The translations under genes were made by a program, and so were the position numbers. From positions 65,738-129,737 of the forward strand of contig DAOUJC010000004.1 in NCBI GenBank assembly GCA_034423135.1: a DNA stretch of 64,000 nt, read 5' to 3'. The DNA comes from Dehalococcoidia bacterium. GTDB taxonomy: Bacteria > Chloroflexota > Dehalococcoidia > Lucifugimonadales > UBA2985. The notes beneath the pieces are model-generated. The model had not been told where the DNA came from. It saw nothing but the letters and a program-made list of their open reading frames with translations, and did no database searches. Positions 26,641 through 37,749 of the stretch are shown here, in pieces. Within the stretch, counting starts at the first letter, position 1. The number at the start of each line of letters is the position of its first letter.

Positions 26641-26675
26641 AGGCGAACCCTGAAGCTCTACCGAGGTGTGGTGAT

Positions 26676-27428
26676 ATGTCCGGTCACTCCAAATGGTCCA
26701 CAATCAAGCATCAGAAGGGGGTTACGGACGCTCGTCGAGGGCAGCTGTTCACCAAGCTGGCCCGCGAGATTACCGTAGCAGCCCGACAAGGCGGCGGCGA
26801 CGCAGACTCCAACTTCCGCCTGCGGCTGGCCGTCCAGAAGGCCCGCGAGAACAACATGCCGCAGGATAACGTTGACCGCGCTATCAAGCGCGGCGCCGGA
26901 GGAGGCGAGGGCGGCGGCGACCTGGAGGAGGCGCTGTACGAGGGGTACGGCCCCGGCGGTGTCGCCATCATGCTCCAGGCGCTCACGGACAACCGCAAGC
27001 GCACCGTATCGGACGTGCGATCCTCCTTCACGCGCGCCGGCGGCAGCCTTGGCGAGGCAGGCTGCGTGTCGTGGAACTTTGACTCGCGCGGCGTGGTCAC
27101 CGCAGAGGTGGACCCGGACATGGGCGAGGAGATCGCCCTGGCGGCCATCGACGCCGGCGCCGAGGACTTCAACCTGGACGGCTCCTTCCTTGAGGTGTAC
27201 ACCGGCTTCGAGAACCTGGAGGCGCTCCGCAGCTCCATGGAGGAGCAGGGCGTGAACGTTACCTCCGCCGAGCTGTCCATGGTACCCCGCAACACCGTAG
27301 CGCTGGACGCTCGCGCGGCCGACCAGACCTTGCGTTTGCTGGACATCCTGGAGGAGCTGGACGACGTCCAGAAGGTCTATTCGAACGCAGACTTCCCGGA
27401 CGAAGCGCTGGAGAAGTACGGGAGCTGA
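26676..27428 (+). CDS. YebC/PmpR-family DNA-binding regulator
   Basis: MSGHSKWSTIKHQKG... and full-length family similarity (250 aa). Confidence 0.95.
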   Translation: MSGHSKWSTIKHQKGVTDARRGQLFTKLAREITVAARQGGGDADSNFRLRLAVQKARENNMPQDNVDRAIKRGAGGGEGGGDLEEALYEGYGPGGVAIMLQALTDNRKRTVSDVRSSFTRAGGSLGEAGCVSWNFDSRGVVTAEVDPDMGEEIALAAIDAGAEDFNLDGSFLEVYTGFENLEALRSSMEEQGVNVTSAELSMVPRNTVALDARAADQTLRLLDILEELDDVQKVYSNADFPDEALEKYGS

Positions 27429-27455
27429 GCTAACGCGAGCCTGCGTGCTGGAGGG

Positions 27456-28322
27456 GTGGGTATTCCCACTCACCAGCCGCGAATACGCTTGCTGCCGTGC
27501 TTGATTGCCGTCGTGAACCACTTCGACTCGTGGGCTGACATCTACGACTGGGTGTTCGCCTGGAAGCGCGACGACGTCCAGTTCTACGTGGAGCAGGCCC
27601 GACTGTCGGGCGGCCCTGTCCTTGAGCTTGGCAGCGGCACCGGCAGGGTTGCCATTCCCATCGCTCAGGCGGGCATCGAAATTGTCGGGCTGGAGAGCTC
27701 TACAGCGATGCTGCGAGAGGCACGGCGCAAGACGGGCGACGCCCGGGAGGCGTCCGGCGGCGTTCCCGAGTGGGTTGAGGGCGACATGAGGGACTTCTCC
27801 CTAGGCAGGCAGTTTGTGCTGGTCATCATCCCATTTCGCGGCTTCCTCTCGATGCTCAGCGTCGAGGAGCAGCTGGACTGCCTGCGGTGCATTCGCGGCC
27901 ACTTGGCGCCCGGCGGCAGGCTAATCTTCGACGTGTTCGTGCCGGACCTGGACATGCTCACCGATGACGGCTCTACTCCCTTCCACTTCGAGGACGTGCC
28001 GCACCCCGAGCTTGACCGGCGCCTGGTCATCTGGCATCAGAACCGCTTTGACAACCACAACCAGATCAACAACGCCCGAACTATCATCGAAGAGGTGGAT
28101 TCCGGCGGCGAGGTGGTGCGCCGCCTCTACCGCGAGTTCCAGATCAGGTACGTGCACAGGTTCGAGGCGCAGCACCTGCTGGAGCTGGCTGGCTTCCGCG
28201 TGGAGGCGCTGTACAGCGACTTCGAGCTCGGGCCGTTCGATGAGCACAGCACGGACATGGTGTGGGTGGCTTCGCCAGACGAGGCCGACAGGCCGAGTCA
28301 TTCTGTCACTCAGAACAGCTAA
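27456..28322 (+). CDS. class I SAM-dependent methyltransferase
   Basis: FDSWADIYDWVF and motif I VLELGSGTGRVAIPIA, motif II VLVIIPF. The start codon is uncertain. Confidence 0.8.
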   Translation: MGIPTHQPRIRLLPCLIAVVNHFDSWADIYDWVFAWKRDDVQFYVEQARLSGGPVLELGSGTGRVAIPIAQAGIEIVGLESSTAMLREARRKTGDAREASGGVPEWVEGDMRDFSLGRQFVLVIIPFRGFLSMLSVEEQLDCLRCIRGHLAPGGRLIFDVFVPDLDMLTDDGSTPFHFEDVPHPELDRRLVIWHQNRFDNHNQINNARTIIEEVDSGGEVVRRLYREFQIRYVHRFEAQHLLELAGFRVEALYSDFELGPFDEHSTDMVWVASPDEADRPSHSVTQNS

Positions 28323-28366
28323 TGCTGAGTCTGGCGGTGAAGTAGGTGGTTTGGCTCTAGGACCTT

Positions 28367-28503
28367 CATTCCCGCTCATTTCCTGCGACAGGCTCAGGAT
28401 GAGCGGATGATTTGCCCGCTCGCCAACCCGCTCAAATGGTTCGACAGGCTCACCACGAGCGGGTTGATCGGTCTGTTGGCTATGACCGAAAGGCCCTCTC
28501 CGG
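28367..28503. repeat. family-1 hairpin repeats plus conserved tail
   Basis: CATTCCCGCTCA...TGAGCGGATGA (28367-28410). CCCGCTCAAATGGTTCGACAGGCTCACCACGAGCGGG (28426-28462). Tail CTATGACCGAAAGGCCCT (28480-28497). Confidence 0.8.
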
Positions 28504-28586
28504 CGGCTCGATAGGGTAGGAGAGACACACGGCAGTCTGCTAGAATATCTGTAAGGCTCCTTCGCAACGTTTCTGAGTGAGGCATC

Positions 28587-30629
<2,043 letters not shown>

Positions 30630-30743
30630 AGCGGTCAGTAAAGCGCGATTGCTTCCTCAGGCCGAGACAGCCTGGAGCGCCGATTCCGGCAATGGCTTTG
30701 CCAAACAAAAAGTAGTACAATCCACGAATCTATTTCGGCCTCA

Positions 30744-31700
30744 GTGGATGGCTTGGAGAGTCCGATCGTCTCAAGTCTTGGAGAGGGGGAGACCCGGCAG
30801 GACATGGAGATGGACCGAACCTCGTATTTGCAGACCAACGGTCTGATAAGGCTGGCCGCTGCTGTGGTTGGCGTTTCACTCGTCGCGGCAACCGGCGTGC
30901 TTGTGGTGGAGGCCCGTGGCCTTACCAAGCCACTGATGCAGCTTCCGGCCGTATTTCTGACGCTGGGCATGGGGGCGCTGGCTCTCTATGCCAGCTCGTT
31001 TGCGGTGATGGGCCGCCGCACGATTGCCCTGGTGTTCTGGGGGGCGTGCCTGGTGGTGCTCCTCACACTGCCCGTGCTGCAGGTGCTCCCCATTGAGTAC
31101 GACACTCCAACCCTGCTGGACGTGAAGGACCTTGCGCCTCCGCTCTGGCAGTACACCGTTGCCATCCCGTTGCTGCTGTTCCTGATTCTGGAGACGGCCA
31201 TTCCTTCCTTCAGGCCAAACCACACCTCCAACCTGTTCCTGCTGGTTGGCCTGACATCGGCGGTGGCGTTCCTGTTCTTCACCACTGCGCTGATTGGCGA
31301 CGTAGTCAACAACTCTATCCTCATTTTCATTCCCGACCGCCTCTTCTACACGGTGGCTGCTCCCACCGGCATCAGCAGCCTCATCGTGCTGGGCGTGGTG
31401 CTGGCCCGCAAGGGACTGGTGGCCGTGGCGATAGTGCTCCTGCTTGGGACGGGCCTGGGCCTCGAGTGGATGTCCACATGGTCCTACACCGGCCCGCACT
31501 TCCTGGACGAGGTCGAGAGAATTCCGTTCGCACGTTATCCGCTGCTGCCGATGGTGGCAGGCACCATCCCCGGCGCTCTGGCCGCAGCCGCCGCAGTGAT
31601 GGCCGCTTGGGAGGTCTACGGCCGGAGCGGCGCGTCGCCGGATGAAGAGGACGAACCGGACGTCGAGCAGGGTGCGCCCATCGCGCTGGAGCAGGCATGA
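30744..31700 (+). CDS. polytopic membrane protein, first gene of the DUF58/transglutaminase/MoxR cluster
   Basis: At least 8 hydrophobic helices. The stop overlaps the DUF58 start by 4 nt. The start is uncertain (an internal MEMDRTS is also possible). Confidence 0.6.
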   Translation: MDGLESPIVSSLGEGETRQDMEMDRTSYLQTNGLIRLAAAVVGVSLVAATGVLVVEARGLTKPLMQLPAVFLTLGMGALALYASSFAVMGRRTIALVFWGACLVVLLTLPVLQVLPIEYDTPTLLDVKDLAPPLWQYTVAIPLLLFLILETAIPSFRPNHTSNLFLLVGLTSAVAFLFFTTALIGDVVNNSILIFIPDRLFYTVAAPTGISSLIVLGVVLARKGLVAVAIVLLLGTGLGLEWMSTWSYTGPHFLDEVERIPFARYPLLPMVAGTIPGALAAAAAVMAAWEVYGRSGASPDEEDEPDVEQGAPIALEQA

Positions 31701-32938
31701 AGCGCCTATACGCCATTTCGCTGGTCATGATCGTGACGCTGCTCATGGCGCTCGGCTCAGGCGTGCCTGTGTACTACCGCGTGTTCTATCTCACGGCGCT
31801 CGTGCTTGTCTTCTCACTAGGGTGGGCGCAGCTCAGTGTATGGCGCCTGGGAATCGGAGTGGACCGGACTTTCGGCAAGCTGCGTGTGGGCGAGAGGATG
31901 GAGAGCCGGATAGCGGTGCGTAGCAGGAGCCCGCTGCCGAAGTTCGGTCTGGAGGTGAGGGAGCTGTCGGAGATGCCAGGGCACAATACCGCCGCCGTGT
32001 TCAACCTGCCTCCCTTCGGCGAGGCGATGGTGACGCTCAGCGTGCCTCTGGTGAAGCGCGGCGTCTACAGGATCGGGCCGCCGACCCTGGCTGGAGGTGA
32101 CCCATTCGGCATATTCAACATGCGACTCAGGCGACTCGGGACCGAGCCGCTTGCCGTGATGCCGTACGTGGTGGACATTCCGCCGTTCTCGATAGCGCAG
32201 GGTGACACGAGCGGCGAGGGGTCGCTGCTCAGGAGCACGCCGGAGGCCACGGCTTCGGCCTCAACGATCAGGGAGTACCGGTTCGAAGACAGCGCGCGGT
32301 ACATACACTGGCCCGCTACTGCACGGAGAGGCCGGCTGATGCTGAAGCAGTTCGACGGCGGGATGGAGGACGTACTCTGGATTCTGCTTGACCTGCAGGC
32401 GGGCACTACGGTCGGAGACGAGCTTGAGAACACGGAGGAGTTCGCGGTGACGGCTGCCGCCTCCATCGCCAAGAGCTACTCAGAGGTGGGATGGGCGGTC
32501 GGGCTGCTGGCCCAAGGAGACAAACAGTACCTGCTGGCCCCGCAGGAGGGCGCGCCGGCCTATGAGCGCATAAGCATGGCCCTGACGGAGGCGCGAGCGG
32601 TGGGCGCTTACCCCATCAGTGAGATGCTGAGCTACTGGCAGACCCACGTCCCGTCGCCGGCCGTGTCGCTCGTGGTGGTTTCCGCGTCGATGGAGCCGGG
32701 CTGGGGCGTTGCGCTGGAGTCGGTGGTGCGGCAGGGAGTCACGGCGTCCGCAGTCGTCGTAGACCCCACGTCGTTCGGCGGCAGAGACGACCCAAGGCTG
32801 CTGTTGAGCCGCCTACAGAGGCGTGGAGTGCCGACCTATCTGCTGAGGCAGGGTGAAGACATTTCGCAGGCGCTTCAGAAGCGCTGGCACCCGGGAAGCC
32901 AGCCGCGAGTGGAAGAGGCAGTGGGGGTAACGGCATGA
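31697..32938 (+). CDS. DUF58-domain protein
   Basis: Two N-terminal TM helices. IREYRFEDSARYIHWPATARRGRLMLKQFD is the DUF58 hallmark. Confidence 0.85.
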   Translation: MKRLYAISLVMIVTLLMALGSGVPVYYRVFYLTALVLVFSLGWAQLSVWRLGIGVDRTFGKLRVGERMESRIAVRSRSPLPKFGLEVRELSEMPGHNTAAVFNLPPFGEAMVTLSVPLVKRGVYRIGPPTLAGGDPFGIFNMRLRRLGTEPLAVMPYVVDIPPFSIAQGDTSGEGSLLRSTPEATASASTIREYRFEDSARYIHWPATARRGRLMLKQFDGGMEDVLWILLDLQAGTTVGDELENTEEFAVTAAASIAKSYSEVGWAVGLLAQGDKQYLLAPQEGAPAYERISMALTEARAVGAYPISEMLSYWQTHVPSPAVSLVVVSASMEPGWGVALESVVRQGVTASAVVVDPTSFGGRDDPRLLLSRLQRRGVPTYLLRQGEDISQALQKRWHPGSQPRVEEAVGVTA

Positions 32939-35511
32939 GCGCAGTGCAGCAGGCCGGAGCCGCTTACTTCCCGCCTCAGTATCGTATGCGGGGGCTCCAG
33001 AGTGTGTTCAACATCACATTCTGGTTGCAGGTGGCACTTCTGGCGTCGGCTGCCTGGTCGGTTCAGTCCGCCGGCTGGGTTGACTCGCCGCCACTGGCAG
33101 TGATCGCGTTCCTGGGGACGCTGACGGCGTTCCTCATGGCGGACCTGAAGGGCCGAGCGTCGGTACACCACGCCTCGGCTACACTTGCCGGTGTGCTGAT
33201 TGCATACCTCGGCGGCGTCTTCCTCACCGAGGCCGACCAGTGGTACCTGAGGTTCGGTGAGCTCAATGCCAGGCTGGGTGAGTGGCTGGCCGCCATTTTC
33301 GGCAGGGACGCTGCTGCGGACAGCCTGCCGCTTTCTATAACCATGATCGCAATGGTCTGGATGATCTCCTACTTCACCTCGTGGATGCTCTTCAAGCGGC
33401 GAAACGTGTGGGCCGTGCTGCTGCCGGTCGGCACGGGCGTTGTGATCAACCTGACCTACCTGCCTGAGCGGTTCTACGTGCACTTGTTCATATACATGTT
33501 CTTTGGACTGCTCATGCTTGTTCACGTGAACAGCCTGAATGCGGGCGCACTGTTCCGCACGCGGGGCACCCCGTATCCCGCATCGCTGCACCGGCTGGTG
33601 CTGGCGCTCGGCCTGCTGCTCAGCGCAGCCATACTTGGCATTACGGCAGCCTTCCCGCTCTCGAACGAGCCGTCCGCGCCGCTTGAGCGGGTGTTCGACC
33701 CGGTCGACAGGATGGTGCGCTCTCTCCAGGACGAGTTCTACAGGGTCTTCGCCGCGGTTCCCGGTCACGAGCCGACCTCCGTGCGGTTCTTTGGAACTGT
33801 TCTGCCTCTGCAACGCGCGGTGCCGATCACTGAGGACGAGATCCTGTTCTCCAGCGCGCGCTATCCGCTCTACTGGCCCGCAATCGCGTACGACGGATAT
33901 ACGGGCAAGGCGTGGAAGGTGGAGGAGACTACGCCCAAGCTGGCGGTATCGGTTTCGCAGGAGCTCTCGGACGAGGAGGAGGAGGGTCTGGCGGGCACGA
34001 TTTACAGGGTGGATCTGAGCGTTGAGTCGCCGTACCTCATGTTGCCGGGCAACGTGCTGGACATCAAGCCCAATGCAAACGAGTTCATGCCCGCGTTCGA
34101 GTCCCACTCACTGGACATCGTGGACCTGGAGCAGAACCAGGAAATGCCGTCTGACATGCAGGAGCTGGCGGCCACGCTGAAGGCGTCAGCGGCGGGCACG
34201 GGCAACCCGAGTGTGAGGGCTGTGCCGTTCAACATTGAGGTGACGGGAGTCGTCAAGGAGCTGGAAAACGGCAACCGGAGGACGATGGCGGTCGAGGGTG
34301 AAGAGGTGGTCGACTACTACGCGGACCTCCGGCGCGCGTTCTCGGAGGAGGGGGACACCGTGGGCTTGGAGGTGTCTCGTGCAGCGCAGGAGGACTCAGT
34401 GGCCTACGTGGAGCCTCAGGTGAGGTTGGAGAAGGGCAGCCAGTACACCGTAACCGCCGAGTTCATCTACGCCAGCGAAGAGGACCTGCGCACTGCGAAC
34501 GTGGTGTACCCCGCCGGCATACTGGAGCGGTTTCTCGGCCTGCCTACTTCGCTGCCCGAACGCGTGTCGGTGCTGGCATCCGAACTAACGGCCAATGCGG
34601 ACAACACCTACGACAAGGCGGTCGCCATCGAGACATACCTCAGGGAGGAGATGGCGTACACCACCGAGCAGCCGGAGATTCCCCACGACGCTGATGTGGT
34701 CGACTACTTCCTCTTCGAATCCAATGAGGGGTTCAGTGACTTCTTCGCCTCCTCTATGGCTGTTATGCTCAGGTCGCAGGGCATACCGTCGAGAATGGTG
34801 CTGGGATTCGGCCCTGGTGAGCCTGATCCTGAGAGAGAGGGCTTTGTCATCCTCGACAAGGACAGCCACTCATGGCCGGAGGTCTACTTCGGCGAACTGG
34901 GGTGGGTGCCATTCGAGCCGACCCCCATCTATCCCGTCCGCACTCGCGGCCGTCCTGAAAGCCCGTTCGGGATTGGCGGCCTGAGCGGCGACCTGATTGA
35001 GGGCCAGCTGGAGGAAATCCTGGGCGAGCCTCAGATGGACCCTGACTCCCTGGACACTCTGGAGCTGGACCCCGGAGGGCCGCTCCCGGGAGGCGATGGA
35101 GCCCCGCCCCTCCCGCTACGCTACTTTGGCACACCCCTTGGGTTGGGTGGCGGCCTCTTCCTCGGGTTCATGGTCGTAGGGGTGGTGCTGATGCGCTTGG
35201 TGTGGATGATGCAGTACGGAAGGCTGCCGACCGGGCAGACTGCGTACGAGAGAATGTACCGCCTCTCGGCATTCCTGGGCTTCCGTGCGAGACCGTCCCA
35301 GACGCCGGCGGAGTTCACCAGCGGACTGGGCGAGCTGCTGCCGGAAGTGCGGGAAGAGGTCGAGATGGTCTCTCGGAGCTTCGTGAGGGAGAGGTACGGC
35401 GGAGTACGCCCGACCGCGCTGGAGCAGATGAGACTGCTCTGGGCGTGGCGCCGGATCAAGAGGTCGCTCTCCGCCCGGCAGATGCGGGAGGGGGAAGCCG
35501 TGCCCGGCTAG
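32935..35511 (+). CDS. transglutaminase-like membrane protein (TgpA-like) with a Ser/His/Glu variant triad
   Basis: N-terminal multi-TM region. Core EGFSDFFASSMAVMLRSQGIPSRMVLGF and DSHSWPEVYFGELGWVPFEPT. There is a C-terminal TM. Ser601 (AGT 34735-34737) sits where the nucleophile Cys is expected, and Glu661 sits where Asp is expected. Confidence 0.85.
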   Translation: MSAVQQAGAAYFPPQYRMRGLQSVFNITFWLQVALLASAAWSVQSAGWVDSPPLAVIAFLGTLTAFLMADLKGRASVHHASATLAGVLIAYLGGVFLTEADQWYLRFGELNARLGEWLAAIFGRDAAADSLPLSITMIAMVWMISYFTSWMLFKRRNVWAVLLPVGTGVVINLTYLPERFYVHLFIYMFFGLLMLVHVNSLNAGALFRTRGTPYPASLHRLVLALGLLLSAAILGITAAFPLSNEPSAPLERVFDPVDRMVRSLQDEFYRVFAAVPGHEPTSVRFFGTVLPLQRAVPITEDEILFSSARYPLYWPAIAYDGYTGKAWKVEETTPKLAVSVSQELSDEEEEGLAGTIYRVDLSVESPYLMLPGNVLDIKPNANEFMPAFESHSLDIVDLEQNQEMPSDMQELAATLKASAAGTGNPSVRAVPFNIEVTGVVKELENGNRRTMAVEGEEVVDYYADLRRAFSEEGDTVGLEVSRAAQEDSVAYVEPQVRLEKGSQYTVTAEFIYASEEDLRTANVVYPAGILERFLGLPTSLPERVSVLASELTANADNTYDKAVAIETYLREEMAYTTEQPEIPHDADVVDYFLFESNEGFSDFFASSMAVMLRSQGIPSRMVLGFGPGEPDPEREGFVILDKDSHSWPEVYFGELGWVPFEPTPIYPVRTRGRPESPFGIGGLSGDLIEGQLEEILGEPQMDPDSLDTLELDPGGPLPGGDGAPPLPLRYFGTPLGLGGGLFLGFMVVGVVLMRLVWMMQYGRLPTGQTAYERMYRLSAFLGFRARPSQTPAEFTSGLGELLPEVREEVEMVSRSFVRERYGGVRPTALEQMRLLWAWRRIKRSLSARQMREGEAVPG

Positions 35512-35602
35512 CGCGGTACGCGCCGGAGCACGGGGTGACACAACTCGCAAACTTCATGGTACACTTGTGGGCATCCTAATGACATTGGGCTGAGAGGAAC
35601 GC

Positions 35603-36556
35603 TTGAATCAACTATCCGAGGCTTCACAAACTGCGCTAAAGCTGCTGGAGAACATCAAGGGTGTAATCGTTGGCAAGGAGCAGGCCATCGAGATGAGCCT
35701 GGTAGCCCTGATTGCGCAGGGTCACCTGCTCATTGAGGACGTTCCCGGTCTTGGGAAGACCACACTGGCGAAGGCTGTGGCCGTTTCCACGGGTTGCAGC
35801 TTCAAGCGAATCCAGTTTGTGCCTGACCTGCTTCCCAGCGACATCACAGGCGTAAACATCTACAACCAGAAGACCAGCGAGTTCGAGTTCCGTCGGGGGC
35901 CCCTGATGACCCAGGTGGTGCTGGCCGACGAGATAAATCGGGCGCCGTCCAAGACCCAGGCTGCGCTTCTGGAGTCAATGGAGGAGCATCGCGTCTCCGT
36001 TGACGGCGTGACCTACGACCTGGACCGGCCGTTCTTCATCATCGCTACGCTGAACCCCGTGGAATACCACGGCATCTTCCCTCTGCCGGAGGCGGAGCTG
36101 GACAGATTCACGGTTCGAGTCACTTTGGGATACGCCAGCTTTCAGCAGGAGGTTGAGATCATTGGGCGGCAGGAGCGGGACGACCCTATCGAGAGTCTGG
36201 AAGCCGTAACCTCGCCCGAAGACCTGATCCAGATCCAGGAGGAAACCAAGGCCATCTACGTCGATCCGCTGGTGCGCCAGTACATCGTATCGCTGACCCA
36301 GGCGTCGAGGCAGCACCAGGACGTTGTGCTGGGCGCATCGCACAGAGGGTCACTCGCGCTGTTCAGGACTTCGCAGGCGCTTTCGCTCATTCGCGGCCGC
36401 GACTTCGTGACGCCGGACGACGTGAAGGAGCTGGCTGTGCCGGTACTCGGGCACCGACTCATCCTGACGCCGGAGGCCAGGGCAAGGGGAATCGACGGCG
36501 CGAAGGCCGTCACCTCCATAGTCGACAACCTGACCGTCCCGGGCGCGCACGTATGA
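35603..36556 (+). CDS. MoxR-family AAA+ ATPase
   Basis: Walker A VPGLGKTTLAK, Walker B VLADEINRAPSKTQAALLE. TTG start. Confidence 0.92.
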   Translation: MNQLSEASQTALKLLENIKGVIVGKEQAIEMSLVALIAQGHLLIEDVPGLGKTTLAKAVAVSTGCSFKRIQFVPDLLPSDITGVNIYNQKTSEFEFRRGPLMTQVVLADEINRAPSKTQAALLESMEEHRVSVDGVTYDLDRPFFIIATLNPVEYHGIFPLPEAELDRFTVRVTLGYASFQQEVEIIGRQERDDPIESLEAVTSPEDLIQIQEETKAIYVDPLVRQYIVSLTQASRQHQDVVLGASHRGSLALFRTSQALSLIRGRDFVTPDDVKELAVPVLGHRLILTPEARARGIDGAKAVTSIVDNLTVPGAHV

Positions 36557-36650
36557 TGCATTTTTCGGCATGTTGAGCAGGCTGATCGCGCGGAATGCTG
36601 CCCTATGCCGAGAAATGTAAGGAATTGATGGCGTAAACGGGTTGGATTCG

Positions 36651-36659
36651 TGATATAAT
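36651..36659 (+). promoter_or_regulatory. extended -10 element (TGaTATAAT)
   Basis: TG at 36651-36652 and TATAAT at 36654-36659, about 48 nt upstream of the permease start. No clear -35 is present. Confidence 0.35.
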
Positions 36660-36706
36660 CGTTCGACATACCCAAGAGGGTAACCTTCAAGAACACTGGA
36701 GGGGAA

Positions 36707-37660
36707 GTGCTACAGTACACACTTCGGAGACTATGGCTGGGGACCATTACGGCAGTGCTTGTGTCGATAATGGTCTTCGTAATCATGCGGATAGCCCCCG
36801 GTGACGTGGTGGACGTGATCCTGGGAGGAGAGGACGCCTTCTACTCCGAGGAGACTGCCGACCTTCTGCGTGAACAGCTTGGACTGAACGCGCCCCTGCC
36901 TGTCCAGTACTTCACGTGGATGAGGGACTTCGTGACGCTCCAGTGGGGCGAGTCCCTGGTGGACAGCAAGCCCATCTGGGGCCAGATTCGCCAGAAGATG
37001 CCTCTGACAATCGAGCTCTCAATCCTCACGCTGGTCATTTCGGTGGTTCTGGGGATTCCCGCCGGGATATTCATGGCCCTAAAGCAGGACACCACAACGG
37101 ACTACGTAATCCGCATAGGATCGCTGCTTGGGCTCTCAATCCCCAACTTCTGGATTGCGACTATGATCATCCTGTGGGGCGTCCTCTACTTTGACTGGAG
37201 CCCGCGCCTCGAATACGTCTCGATCTGGGTGAATCCGATAGACAACCTGTGGATGTTCTTCTGGCCGGCGTTCGCGCTGGGCACGTCGTCCATGGCCACC
37301 AAGGCCAGGATGATGCGCTCCACCATGCTGGAGGTGCTCCGCCAGGACTACATCAGGACGGCGCACGCCAAGGGCCTGCGGTACTACATCGTGGTATACC
37401 GCCATGCCATGAAGAACGCCATGCTGCCCGTGGTCACCATCATCGGCATCCAGATCGCCGGCATCCTGGGCGGTTCCGTGATCCTGGAGACCATCTTCCT
37501 GCTGCCCGGCATGGGGCAGTACCTGGTCTACAGCCTGAGCCGGTGGGACTACCCGGTGGTGCAGACGCTGGTGCTGTTCTTTGCAGCCTGGATCATCTTC
37601 ACCAACCTGCTTGTGGACCTCACCTACGGCTGGCTGGACCCCCGCATCCGGTTCGACTAG
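36707..37660 (+). CDS. ABC transporter permease, DppB/OppB type
   Basis: N-terminus LQYTLRRLWLGTITAVLVSIMVFVIMRIAPGD and the EAA-loop region (RTAHAKGL) are typical of peptide/nickel ABC permeases. Confidence 0.9.
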   Translation: MLQYTLRRLWLGTITAVLVSIMVFVIMRIAPGDVVDVILGGEDAFYSEETADLLREQLGLNAPLPVQYFTWMRDFVTLQWGESLVDSKPIWGQIRQKMPLTIELSILTLVISVVLGIPAGIFMALKQDTTTDYVIRIGSLLGLSIPNFWIATMIILWGVLYFDWSPRLEYVSIWVNPIDNLWMFFWPAFALGTSSMATKARMMRSTMLEVLRQDYIRTAHAKGLRYYIVVYRHAMKNAMLPVVTIIGIQIAGILGGSVILETIFLLPGMGQYLVYSLSRWDYPVVQTLVLFFAAWIIFTNLLVDLTYGWLDPRIRFD

Positions 37661-37749
37661 GCCGCACAATCTCGCAGACGCAGAGGCGCCGCTCCTGACA
37701 TTCGGGAGCGGCGCCTCTTGTTTTGGCACGCGCAGGCCGCAACCGGCGG

